A DNA stretch of 64,000 nt from Macrostomum lignano. Taxonomy: Eukaryota. The DNA is taken from the NCBI GenBank assembly GCA_002269645.1, contig NIVC01000006.1:372001-436000 (forward strand), in the 5' to 3' direction. The position numbers and the translations under genes are program-made. The notes under the pieces are model-generated. The model saw only the letters and a program-made list of their open reading frames with translations, was not told the DNA's origin and made no database searches. Below are positions 48,641 through 60,119 of the stretch, one piece after another. Numbering within the stretch: position 1 is the first letter of the stretch; every line of letters starts with the position of its first letter.

Positions 48641-48939
48641 ACTACTATAAGTAGGCTAGTGTAGCAAATGCACGCCAGAAAAATATTAACGATAATATAT
48701 TAATTTTTAAGCATGAAGTCAATACCAGAATAATCATTTTACAGCACAGCAGTTGTCAATCAAAGACCGACTGCAAGTTTATACTTAACGAGTAGTGCTA
48801 ATAAACAAGCCAGATTATTTCACTGACTAGCTAATCAACACCTTGACGATAAAGTCCGGGCGGAGCTTTATAATGTAGTTTGATTATTCATTCATACAAG
48901 CTACATGTAGCAGCTGTTTATTTTAGTTTGAGAACCCCG

Positions 48940-49096
48940 GGGTGCGCAAGGTGATGGACCATGGCACAGTCTGGTTGTCAATCGTGACTTCAGCGCATTC
49001 AGATACAGCTCAGGTACAGTGTTAAGAAAGTGATGTCTCAACCATGAAGTGGCCGGATATCCACCGCTTAAAAATCTCCGTTAAGCAATACTGCAC
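48940..49096 (-). pseudogene. Decayed 5' fragment of a fourth SLC22-like paralog
   Basis: Minus strand encodes CAEVTIDNQTVPWS (48956-48997), nearly identical to CAEITLDNQTVPWS of paralog 3; preceded by VQYCLTEIFKRW with stops in between. Confidence 0.7.
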
Positions 49097-49124
49097 ACTC
49101 CTGAGCTGCTTGAACTGTTAGCGC

Positions 49125-49972
49125 CTATGGGTGCTGGCGCTTGTTGCTGGCGCCTCTTGTTGCTGGCGCCTCTTGTTGCTGGCGCCTCTTGGTGCTGGCG
49201 CCTCTTGGTGCTGGCGCCTCTTGGTGCTGGCGCCTCTTGGTGCTGGCGCCCCTTGTTGCTGGAGCCTCTTGGTGCTGGCGCCTCTTGTTGCTGGAGCCTC
49301 TTGTTGCTGGAGCCTATTGGTGCTGGCGCCTCTTGTTGCTGGAGCCTATTGGTGCTGGCGCCTCTTGTTGCTGCAGGCGCCCCTTGTTGCTGGAGCCTCT
49401 TGGTGCTGGCGCCTCTTGTTGCTGGAGCCTCTTGTTGCTGGCGCCTGTTGGTGCTGGCGCCCCATTGATGCTGGCGCCTCTGGTGCTGGCGCCTCTGGTG
49501 CTGGCGCCTCTGGTGCTGGCGCCTCTGGTGCTGGCGCCTCTGGTGCTGGCGCCTCTGGTGCTGGCGCCTCTGGTGCTGGCGCCTCTGGTGCTGGCGCCTC
49601 TGGTGCTGGCGCCTCTGGTGCTGGCGCCTCTGGTGCTGGCGCCTCTGGTGCTGGCGCCTCTGGTGCTGGCGCCTCTGGTGCTGGCGCCTCTGGTGCTGGC
49701 GCCTCTGGTGCTGGCGCCTCTGGTGCTGGCGCCTCTGGTGCTGGCGCCTCTTGGTGCTGGCGCCCCTTGTTTCTGGCGCCTCTGGGTGCTAAAGCCCTTG
49801 GTGCTAAAGCCCCTTGGTGCTAAAGCCCCTTGGTGCTAAAGCCCCTTGGTGCTAAAGCCCCTTGGTGCTAAAGCCCCTTGGTGCTAAAGCCCCTTGGTGC
49901 TAAAGCCCCTTGGTGCTAAAGCCCCTTGGTGCTAAAGCCCCTTGGTGCTAAAGCCCCTTGGTGCTAAAGCCC
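49125..49972. repeat. Compound minisatellite: 15-bp TGGTGCTGGCGCCTC then 16-bp TTGGTGCTAAAGCCCC; related block at ~50565-50735
   Basis: Direct. Confidence 0.93.
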
Positions 49973-52291
49973 CTCAGTACTTTACTATTTCCTCGCGCTG
50001 GCGCCCCACCCCAATAAATAATTCTGGCTTTGTCCTGCTGTCAAAAGTTTACTTTTGCATTGCAAAGCCAGCTGGCAGAGAGGAAGCGAAAGAACATCCC
50101 GGAGGCGCACATGCAATCTTTCTGTTAAACTTCATGCAAGTCAGGAATATCGAAAATCTGCTAGAAGATTTTCACAGATGGTCGAATTTTATTTAGTTTG
50201 AAACATGACGAAATCGGGATTAAAGCCGCTGCACTGACCTCTTGTCCCCGCGTGCCCCTGCAAAGCCACTGCATGCAGTGACATTTTCAAAGGGCTGCGG
50301 TGCCAGACTTTGGGGTGGATTTTTGCTTCAACATTTCTGTGGACGGAAGCAAAGTCCAGGTCAGATCCGACCGAACCGGGAGTGAATTTGTTTTAATCCA
50401 GTTTTGGACAGTTTCTGTAGGGAATGAAGGGTAGGGTGTTCAGCGTCTTAAAGAAATGAGGTCAAGATGTAGGCATAGGAATAAATTCATATTTTCGCTT
50501 CGATGGGGCAAAATTAAGCAGGCATTATAGATGTAGCAGAGGCGTATGGTGTCACTGACAATGGCGCCCCTGGTGCTAAAGCCCCTGGTGCTAAAGCCCC
50601 TGGTGCTAAAGCCCCTGGTGCTAAAGCCCCTGGTGCTAAAGCCCCGGTTCTAAGCCTCTGGTGCTAAAGCTTCTGGTGCTAAAGCCCCCGGGGCTAAAGC
50701 CCCCGGTGCTAATTAATTAAGCCCCTGGTGCTAAAGCTGCTGAGTTCTATTTAAAAAACTGTGTGAGACCCAGTTCAAAAAAACAAACCAGTTACATATT
50801 ATCCTTATCACGCCTCTGTCAGCAAATCAGTAGTATTCTGCAAACGTACATTAAGCTGGATATAAGCATGCACACTTGAGTTCGAAAATCTTATCTAGAG
50901 CGCTTATCATCGAGCGTTTACCGCAGCTCCTTATTGGCTAAGAAAAGACGATTTGAGACAGAATTCTTTCTTTGTCTCGGCCGCCGTCAGCAAAGCTAAC
51001 TTAGCGAAGGCTCCGCCATATCAGAACCGAATTCTAGTTCTATCGAGTTTACTGATACATGTAAGTGCTGCCTTTTCAGAAATTGAACTGTCGGAAAGCT
51101 TACAACGACAGATACTCCAGTGATATCGTAGTTGTTTCAAACGCAATAATTACACCTCTTGATTGATTGTATTTAAATGTATTAACATATATATTTTATC
51201 AACCATTTAAACTATGTCTACTAAAGTTAAAATTGTAATGTAAAATAAATTTCAATACAGTGCGTCAGTTCGGCTAATTTAAACAGCATGGTTACAGACC
51301 AGTAGATCGCCTGGACTCTCTTTCTGTTTCTGCGAAAGGGTTGCACAAACAGAAAGCATTATATGACAAGTTTGTGTTTTAGGCGCAATTGGGTGATATG
51401 ATTTTTAAATATGTTACTTAAAAGTAATGTAATATTTTTATATTTTAAATACGATCGTGTCTTAATAAAACTGATAAGCAATGATTATAACAATTAGGTA
51501 CATTAAAGAAGTTGCCAGCATATACATAACATATAGTGACGAAAAAATCAGATAAAACTAAAAACTAAAAAAACTAGCATTGTTAAACTAAAATTACCAA
51601 CAAAGAAAAAACGCAACAATTCCAAAAATTATTTTTTTACAAGTAAAAGTACAACTAATTTAAATATGATTGTTTTTTTAAATAATCCGTTTAAATTAAT
51701 GAATGCTATTAAAAATCTTTTAGACAGAAAACGAAAACACTTTGTTTATATCTATAAAGTTTGAAGCGGATTAACTATATGTTAAATAGAACAGCAAACA
51801 TGCCTTCTAATCTACAACAGAGCAAATTTACATAATAAAAAATGAGAACAAAGGATGAACGTTTCGAAAAGTTGCAAAAAAAATTTGAGTTGATAGCTAG
51901 TTAGTTCGAACGAATACAAAATAACAAACGTTGAGACTGCCTTTTCAAATTTAAAACAAACGGTTAAACTCAAAACATGGGGGCGTTTTATAAGCTGCGT
52001 CCCAAGACTGTTTTTATAAATGCTCGGTATTAAATTCGAGTCAATTTGAACCTGCAAGGCCATGGGACTGCAAATAAGTACAGTGTAGAATCAGGTATTG
52101 AAACATTTTCGATGCCTCCTAAATTTAAGCTTTTGATCACCCTGTAAAATCTCTTCTGATTCATATTAGCTAAGCTAGTTTGTGCCTATCGTCTTCAGGT
52201 TAACTTTTCTTTATGAAACCGCTCACTCTCAAGTTCTGCTGGATCCTAGGATCGAACTTGGCTTTATAAAACAGCCTCCCCCTGCAGACTC

Positions 52292-54019
52292 TCACACTCT
52301 TAGCGGCTTCATCTCTTCGCCGCAGGCCTCCCCAGCCGATGCTCCCTGCCGCTCCGCCTCATCGCTGCCCGACACGCAGCAGGGACAGCCCACCTGTTCC
52401 ATCTCGGCCACGGTGTTGGGCATGGGCTTGTCCTTGGTCTCGGGCAGCAGCAGGATAGCTAGGCTGGCCAGAACCGAGATCACACCATAGAGCAGGTAGG
52501 GCAGGTGGATGTACCATTGGGCCAGAGCTCCGCCCAGCTCCGGGGCAAGGATTTGAGCCGAGCGCATCAGAAAGCAGGCGAAGAAGAATGAGCAGCTGCG
52601 AACTTTGGTTGGCAGCACCTCGGAGCCGTAGACAGCCAGGACGCTGAAGGCTACGGTGACGCTGAACTTGATGGCGATAGCCAGGACGCTACTGCCCTGA
52701 AACACCACTTCCGGGTCGGTGGGCACATAAGGCAGAATTATGAGGCCGACACCGCAGAAAGCCATGGTGCCGAGACAGGTGTACTTGCGGCCGGCCCTGT
52801 TCGTGAGCTGCCAGGCCAGGATGTAGGCCGGCAGCTCAAGCAGGCCAGAGATCAGCACGTTCAGGTACGGATTATTGGTGATAAAATCGCGCTTGAACGA
52901 CAGGGCGAAGTAGACAAGCGACACGGTGAAGAAGTTGAAGGTCACAACGCCCACGGTGACAAGGTAATCCAGGCGGCACAGGTTCTCTCGCGGTATGAAC
53001 TTAAAGATGCAGCTCTGCTCCTCCCGCTCGTTCGTGTGCTCCGGTGGATCAACCAGCTCGTTGTGCTCGAAGTTGAACTCATTGAGCACCTCTTTGCAGC
53101 CCGAGTACTTGCTGACCTCTTTCAGAATCTTCTTAGCTCGCTTGGTTTTACCACGAGTGAGCAGCCAACGCGGTGACTCCGGCAGCACCGGGATGTAGGT
53201 GGCGTACCCCGCTCCGATGATGAGCACGACTACCACCATTTGAATGCGCCAGTTGTAGATAAAGTAGCTGATTGCTGCTGAGCCGCTGTAAGCGAACACC
53301 CACAGAGTCCAGACTAGGTTGCCATGGATACCGCGATAGTCCTCCGCCACCAGCTCCGTGATGAGTATGATCCCAATGAGCACGGCGGGCGCGCCGAAAC
53401 CCATGCAGAATCTGAGCACCATCTGCAGGGTGAGATTGCGGACGAAGATCACGGCTATGTTGCAGGTGAGATCCAGGTAGCAGAAGGCCACGAGCAGCGG
53501 CTTCCGACCGAGAATGTCGCCCAGAGGACCGAATATTGTCGACAGGCAGATGCCGAACTGCATGACGGTCTGCATGCGGTCCATCAGGTACTTGCGGTCG
53601 CACACCATCTCGTACTCCATGAACATTGTCCACCGCTCGGGTGGGTCCGGCCTAAACGTCCAGGCGCCGCAGACCTCCTCCTTGGGCGTCGCGGTCGACC
53701 CATTGCCGCCAGCCGCCGAGGCCATGGCCATGTGCAGCGAGCCGTCCAAGCCGCGCACGAACTTCGGCCGCTGACAGGTGAAATCGTTGATGCTAAAATT
53801 GGTAGCGAAGGTGTTGTTGGCGAGCACCTCCGACCAGGGCTGCACGGCGCCGTCCACCAGCGCTTCGGCGCAGTGGTAGGGCACGCTGGCGGTGGCCAGG
53901 TTCAACACGAACATGTCGAATGCGGACTTCATGGATAGGAAGGCGATGAGCACGGTGATGATCCATCGGTAGGCCGGGCCTGACTTGGATATGTGAGTCA
54001 GCAGGTCTTCGTAAAGCAT
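52292..54019 (-). CDS. SLC22-like MFS transporter, paralog 2, intronless, 575 aa
   Basis: ATG at 54019 (MLYEDLL, matching MNYEELL of paralog 1; the ORF-track start at 54085 is a non-ATG codon). Same motifs: EYEMVCDR, LPESPRWLL, YGSEVLPTKVRS. Confidence 0.92.
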   Translation of the reverse strand: MLYEDLLTHISKSGPAYRWIITVLIAFLSMKSAFDMFVLNLATASVPYHCAEALVDGAVQPWSEVLANNTFATNFSINDFTCQRPKFVRGLDGSLHMAMASAAGGNGSTATPKEEVCGAWTFRPDPPERWTMFMEYEMVCDRKYLMDRMQTVMQFGICLSTIFGPLGDILGRKPLLVAFCYLDLTCNIAVIFVRNLTLQMVLRFCMGFGAPAVLIGIILITELVAEDYRGIHGNLVWTLWVFAYSGSAAISYFIYNWRIQMVVVVLIIGAGYATYIPVLPESPRWLLTRGKTKRAKKILKEVSKYSGCKEVLNEFNFEHNELVDPPEHTNEREEQSCIFKFIPRENLCRLDYLVTVGVVTFNFFTVSLVYFALSFKRDFITNNPYLNVLISGLLELPAYILAWQLTNRAGRKYTCLGTMAFCGVGLIILPYVPTDPEVVFQGSSVLAIAIKFSVTVAFSVLAVYGSEVLPTKVRSCSFFFACFLMRSAQILAPELGGALAQWYIHLPYLLYGVISVLASLAILLLPETKDKPMPNTVAEMEQVGCPCCVSGSDEAERQGASAGEACGEEMKPLRV

Positions 54020-54434
54020 AGCTCTGCTCTGGCGCTCGGTTCTTTCCAAAGAGAAACTTACAATAGCAGAGAAGCTCACTGGCAAGCCGTTGTCAAGATT
54101 TCTTTTTGCCGCTCTTAACTTCTTTCGCTCGCCACTTCACTTTATTGCACTTCTCTCTAGGAAGCCCCACGAGCCACACACGCTTGTGCCGCTTCTCTGT
54201 TTGCTCGCTGCAGGGGGGGGGGGTCGGTGGAGGCGCTTGATTGGCTCGCAGCAACAGCTGCATAATCATGCGAGGGGGGGCCGTGGGACGATCCCCAACA
54301 CCTCAGAAAGTGGAGAGGCCAGAAGCGCGGCTGGCGGTGCGAATAAATCGCGCCAAGAGGCGATCAGAAAAACTGAAACAAAGCCGTTTGGCCCGCCTTC
54401 ACTGCTTGGCCAGGGGAGACAGAGTAAGACAGAG

Positions 54435-54902
54435 TATGCTGTATGTTGTCTGTTCTGTATGCTGTATATTGTCTGTTCTGTATGCTGTATGTTGTCTGTT
54501 CTGTATGCTGTATGTTGTCTGTTCTGTATGCTGTATGTTGTCTGTTCTGTATGCTGTATGTTGTCTGTTCTGTATGCTGTATGTTGTCTGTTCTGTATGC
54601 TGTATGTTGTCTGTTCTGTATGCTGTATGTTGTCTGTTCTGTATGCTGTATGTTGTCTGTTCTGTGTGCTGTATGTTGTCTGTTCTGTATGCTGTATGTT
54701 GTCTGTTCTGTATGCTGTATGTTGTCTGTTCTGTATGCTATATATTGTCTGTTCTGTATGCTGTATATTGTCTGTTCTGTATGCTGTATGTTGTCTGTTC
54801 TGTATGCTGTATATTGTCTGTTCTGTATGCTGTATGTTGTCTGTTCTGTATGCTGTATATTGTCTGTTCTGTATGCTGTATCCCAGTATGTTGTCTGTTC
54901 TG
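54435..54902. repeat. Minisatellite, 23-bp unit TGTTGTCTGTTCTGTATGCTGTA
   Basis: About 20 copies. Confidence 0.95.
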
Positions 54903-55537
54903 TACGTTTCAACTTTTCCGTTTCTCCCAGCCAGTTTTAGAAAAAAAGTCAAACAAATAAACCGAATATGGTGGCTGCAAATGCGGTCCGTAGTGCGTTG
55001 CACACCATGTTGCATTGCTGATTTTCTAGCCTCAGGGGTCTCTGGCTTGGGGGGGGACTGACAAAACTGAACTTCCTAATCCTAATCCTCCCGCTCCCAC
55101 GTCGGGCAGGAAATGCGACATGCAGCCATAAGGCTGGCTTCGCAGGCAAGCAGTAAAACCATTTTAGTGCTTTTCACCTCGTGGGGAATTTTAGCACCTG
55201 CGCACCGGAGAGCCGGCCCGAATCGCAGCAGAAAAAAGTCAGAGGAGGAGACGAAGAGCGGCAAAGTGGGGTTGCAGGAAAAATTAATAAAAGCCGTCTC
55301 TCTCTCTGGTTTCCCCTTTGCTTGGCTCCGGCAAAGTTTGTCAGTCAGGACTGACAGGTCAGAGCAGAATGCCTAGCGAGTGGCGATCGAAGCAATGCCA
55401 GGCTGCCAAAAGAAAAAAAGTGCAAACGTTTCTAAAAATTTCATAGTTGCATTCCTTTTTTAAAAAAATTGATCATTTCAAAGGTTAATAATTTAATATC
55501 TTAATAGCCTAATAACTTACTAACTTAACCTAATTGC

Positions 55538-55780
55538 CAGATGTGCAACCGACAGCTCAGCCGCAGCTATTTCGTGGTACATCTGAAGGCTGCGTACGGC
55601 TGTTCAGTCCAAGGACTGGGGGGTCGCCACACACACCCTCAATTACCCCAGCTAATGCTAGCACCCTGCATTTTACAGCTGGGTGAACTGAAGCAATGCA
55701 GAGTTAAGTGTCTTGCTCATGGACCCAAATTGTTCCAAGTGGGTCCAGAATCGAACCCCCGACCTTTCAGTCGTGAGTTC
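55538..55780 (-). mobile_element. tRNA-derived SINE with CORE-like domain, 5'-truncated copy
   Basis: Highly similar to the copy at 58959-59234; retains the B-box region (GGTTCGATTC), A-box missing. Confidence 0.75.
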
Positions 55781-56459
55781 CAGTTTCAAAAGTCTGAGAT
55801 AGCGGCAAACCTTTTAAAACACAGATCTGTGGTTCTGATGAATCCTGACGGATGCAGGAAAAACAGCACTAGAAAAATAGACAAGAGATTAGTAACGTTT
55901 TTTCGTTTGAATTTCAAGTTTTAGTTGTCCCTGTGTCCTTCCTGTCGTTCAGGATTGCATGTCAGGCTATTAGGTTTCAACTCCAGATCCTCTAGAATTT
56001 CATGCCCCCAGCCAGAGAGTCAGACCGATCACCAAAACAGCCACCCAACCGTATTTGACTTGAGTTATGTAAAAAAATTGACGAAAAAATGAACTTGAAA
56101 GAGTATTTTTGGCAGCAGATGTCAGCGGTTTTTTGGACTGACTGGCGAGCTGCCCTCAGTCAGAGCTCAGTTATTTGGTTTCTTTGAGTCCGTGAAGTCT
56201 CTATATTGCATGCACAGTTTTGGCCGGCGCAAGTCAGGCAGAGGCAGTTAATCCAATCCACTGGTGCCGGGCTTGAGTGGCTGAACTCTGCCACTCCTGT
56301 CACAATCCTGTCACTATCCTGTCACAATCCTGTCACCGGCACGCACAACTGAGTGTCATGGACAGCTGAAATTGAAAAAGGAGCTGCTTCCACCCACAAA
56401 CTTCGGGCAATTCTTGCTTAAAGAGAAATTTGGAAGTTTGGAAATTGAGGTGCCTGGAT

Positions 56460-57375
56460 CTGGCGCGTCAGTTCTGACTCTGGCGCCTCAATTCTGACTT
56501 TGGTGCTTCAGTTCTGAATTTGGCGCCTCAGTTCTGACTTTGGCGTCTCATTTGTGACTCTGGTTCCTAAATTCTGACTTTGGCGCCTCAATTCTGACTT
56601 TGGCGCCTCAATTCTGACTTTGGCGCCTCAATTCTGACTCTGGCGTCTCGATTCTGACTTTGGCGCCTCAATTCTGACTTTGGCGCCTCAATTCTGACTT
56701 TGGTGCCTCAATTCTGACTTTGGCGCCTCAATTCTGACTTTGGCGCCTCAATTCTGACTTTTGCGCCTCAATTCTGACTTTGGCGCATCAATTATGACTT
56801 TGGCGCCTCGATTCTGACTTTGGTGCCTCAGTTCTGACTTTGGCGTCTCAATTCTGACTTTGGCGCCTCAATTCTGACTTTGGCGCCTCAATTCTGACTT
56901 TGGCGTCTCAATTCTGACTCTGGCGCCTCAATTCTGACTTTTGCGCCTCAATTCTGACTCTGGAGCCTCAATTCTGACTTTTGCGCCTCAATTCTGACTC
57001 TGGAGCCTCAATTCTGACTTTGGCGCCTAAATTCTGACTTTGGCGCCTCAATTCTGACTTTGGTGCCTCAATTCTGACTTTGGCGCCTCAATTCTGACTT
57101 TGGCGCCTCAATTCTGACTTTTGCGCCTCAATTCTGACTTTGGCGTCTCAATTCTGACTTTGGCGTCTCAATTCTGACTTTGGCGTCTCAATTCTGACTT
57201 TGGCGTCTCAATTCTGACTCTGGAGCCTCAATTCTGACTCTGGTGCCTCAATTCTGACTTTGGCGTCTCAATTCTGACTTTGGCGTCTCAATTCTGACTT
57301 TGGCGTCTCAATTCTGACTTTGGTGCCTCAGTTCTGACTCTGGTGCATCAATTATGACTTTGACGCCTCGATTCT
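56460..57375. repeat. Minisatellite, 20-bp unit TTGGCGCCTCAATTCTGACT
   Basis: About 45 copies. Confidence 0.95.
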
Positions 57376-57535
57376 TACTTTATAGAGAATTAATCTACGA
57401 GTAATGCTATGATGATAATATCAGGAGGCCCGAGGGCACCCTGGCAACCAGAGCTGAGGCAATTCTGCCCATTCCGCAGACTACTGAGCACATGCAAGCG
57501 CCCCAATACTGAACGCAGCCCCGCACGCATGCACA

Positions 57536-58170
57536 CATAGATTTGACAAGCTACAAGTGAATAGTGACAAGTGACAAGTTAAAAAATTACAAGTGCTACA
57601 GATTTTTGTTTCATAGACTGATTTCTAAATCTAGTGACAAGTTACAAGCTGACTGAGTAGTGAACTAGATATCTATGGGCCAAACATCAAGTCCGTCCCA
57701 GGCGCAGCCACAGCTGACTCCCGTTGGACCCTGGATATGATCTAATTCTGTATCATAGTACACACTGTATCCACGTCCTCCTCAGTCAGTCGAAATCGTG
57801 ACTGGTGATGATCGGCGCGATCCTCAAATTGAAAGTTTATTCGTGGTTTAAAAATTCTGGGTCTCTTTGCCAATGCAACGTGGCCAATAGCTTCAACCAA
57901 AAAGTCCGAATCAGAATCGAACATGTTGCCATGCGAAGCGAAATCTGATAGTTACAAGTTTGACGAATCTCGCGGGACTACTCAAGCTTGTCGAAAATCA
58001 AACGCTGCTCACTCTTCAAGAAGCAATGTCTATGAAACAAACCGCTTGTAACTAGCACTTGTCACTACTCACTTGTCACTTGTCACTTGTAATTCTATGA
58101 AACGGAAATCGCTACTCACTGCTCACTTGTCACACTTGTAACTCTGACAAGTGGTCTATGAAACACCCCA
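57536..58170 (-). mobile_element. Internally deleted PIF/Harbinger-like element
   Basis: Long imperfect inverted ends built of GTGACAAGT and GTTTCATAGA motifs; right end reads GGGTGTTTCATAGAC on the minus strand. Internal fragment 57742-57924 (RPRIFKPR...SRFRLTEEDV...I) resembles the HARBI1-type nuclease N-terminus. Confidence 0.65.
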
Positions 58171-58958
58171 AGGACTACTCCAGTAACATATATATAGGAC
58201 ACAACACTCAAAATCTATGGTAAATGTTTTGAAGGCAAATTTTCGCCGAAAAATACACTACAGAGATAGGAGGTTTTAATTTTTTCAGCACTAAAATTGT
58301 TATTGCTTTTGATAGGAGGCAGATCCAGTGTTCATCTTTTGATATGTTGTGCCTTTCTTATTGCTCTATCGATATTCATAAAGCTTTTTGTTCAGAAATA
58401 GTTTTAAAGGCAGGTTTCACCGGAAAAATACACTACGGAGATAGGAAACTTCACGATTTTCAACACTAAAACAGTGATCGGGTCTCTTAACAGTGTCAGA
58501 GAAAGTCCTAATCACACTATTTTGTGCCTCACATGCTGCTCCAACGACGCATTAATCGATTTTTCATGTTAAATTGGTCTTTCACTTGAAAAAACGTTTA
58601 ATATAATAAGAGCCAAAACTGACGCGTTTACCAAAGTGAGCCATTCGAAAAGTACAACACTCCCGCTGTCTTGTCTTGGTTTTTAGTCAGAAACAAAAAC
58701 GTCAGAAGCAGGCAGTTGAACGGATCGGCTTTTTCCCGGATCTGGATTTGACAGCGCATCGGTGCTTCACAAAAAATCTCTTCGCCGCACGTCAGATCCA
58801 CTCAGGTCGCCTCCTTCAATTTCTTCAACAGCTGGATGCTGTTCCAAGAAATCTCAGCAAAGTATTGTACATGGGTTACTAACTACTCATAGCTACTGTT
58901 TATAGAAGTTTTTATAGAATAATAATAAATAACTGATTTCACCTGCCCTATTGGGCAG

Positions 58959-59234
58959 CAGATGTGCAACCGACAGCTCAGCCGCAGCTATTGCGCGGCG
59001 CATCTGAAGGCTGCGTACGGCTGTTCAGTCCAAGGGGACTGGGGTCGCCACACACCCTCAATTACCCCAGCTAATGCTGGCACCCATTTTACAGCTGGGT
59101 GAACTGAAGCAATGCAGAGTTACAGTAAGTGTCTTGCTCAAGGGCGCAAATTGTTCCAAGTGAGATCGGGAATCGAACCCCCGACCTTTCAGTCGTAAGT
59201 TCGACGCTCTAACTCTAAACACTAGGCTAGAACC
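58959..59234 (-). mobile_element. tRNA-derived SINE with CORE-like domain, near full length
   Basis: Minus strand: A-box-like TAGCCTAGTGT, B-box GGTTCGATTCC, then CCCTTGAGCAAGACACTTA...CTTCAGTTCACCCAGCTGTAAAATGGGT resembling the MIR/CORE domain. Confidence 0.8.
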
Positions 59235-60119
59235 CCTTGAATATCAAGCAACCGCCAAAAAGACACGGGAAACTACAGCAGAAGAATGCTAGCTTCAACT
59301 CGATTTTCGTAGAAATGATCTGGAAGCCAAACGACACGTTTATTTACGCATGGCACTGAATGAGGTTTTCGTGGCACAAGTGGCACAAGTTCGGTTGAGA
59401 AATATCCCAGGTTTTCGAGTGCATTCTAAATACACTGGCTTTTAAAAGCTCTATCCAAAGTCTCAAATACTCGGGTTTCTAGTTTTCGACCATAGACAAA
59501 AGTCTGCAACTAAAATTCGACTCAAATCAAGGACAACTTAGTCACTCAAGACGACAGTCTAGCAATTTATGGTAAAAAAAAGTACGAGGTAAAATCCAAG
59601 TAAAATCCCGGAGAAGGCAAATATCTTGATAATAAATCGCATTGCACAGCTGTAACTCATGATTAAGTTTCAAAGCGGTTATATTGGACCAAATTATGTG
59701 GCTATAGGTGCCAGCCTTGTAGCCAGACCCGCCCGAAGATGAGTATAATTATGCACTCGAAAACATTCGTACAGTACAAGACTTGAAGCGTACCTTTGCG
59801 TTGCACCTTGCAAGCCATGAAGCTATGAAGCTAAGCTAACAGGCAATCGCCAACCAAAAAATGCCAAAAAGTGGTCAGAAAGTATATAGCTAGTCCATTT
59901 CAACATGAATAGCAAATAAAAAGCATTTCTAGCTAAGCTCAAAAGCAGCGCTGAGATTCTGTGGCTCATTGCACATTCTTGCACAATTAGGAGCTGGAGA
60001 TCAAACTTGAGCAAAATAGAAAAGTTGACAGTCTCTGCTTGAAAAAAGGACGGTAACTCAAAAGGACAATTGAGGCTTGTTGGGCTTCTCTATATATGCC
60101 ATAGGCTGTCCATTTCTCA

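Noticed and set aside
58620-58900. Acidic peptide fragment that might be a transposase N-terminus
   Set aside because: Too short and interrupted to assign
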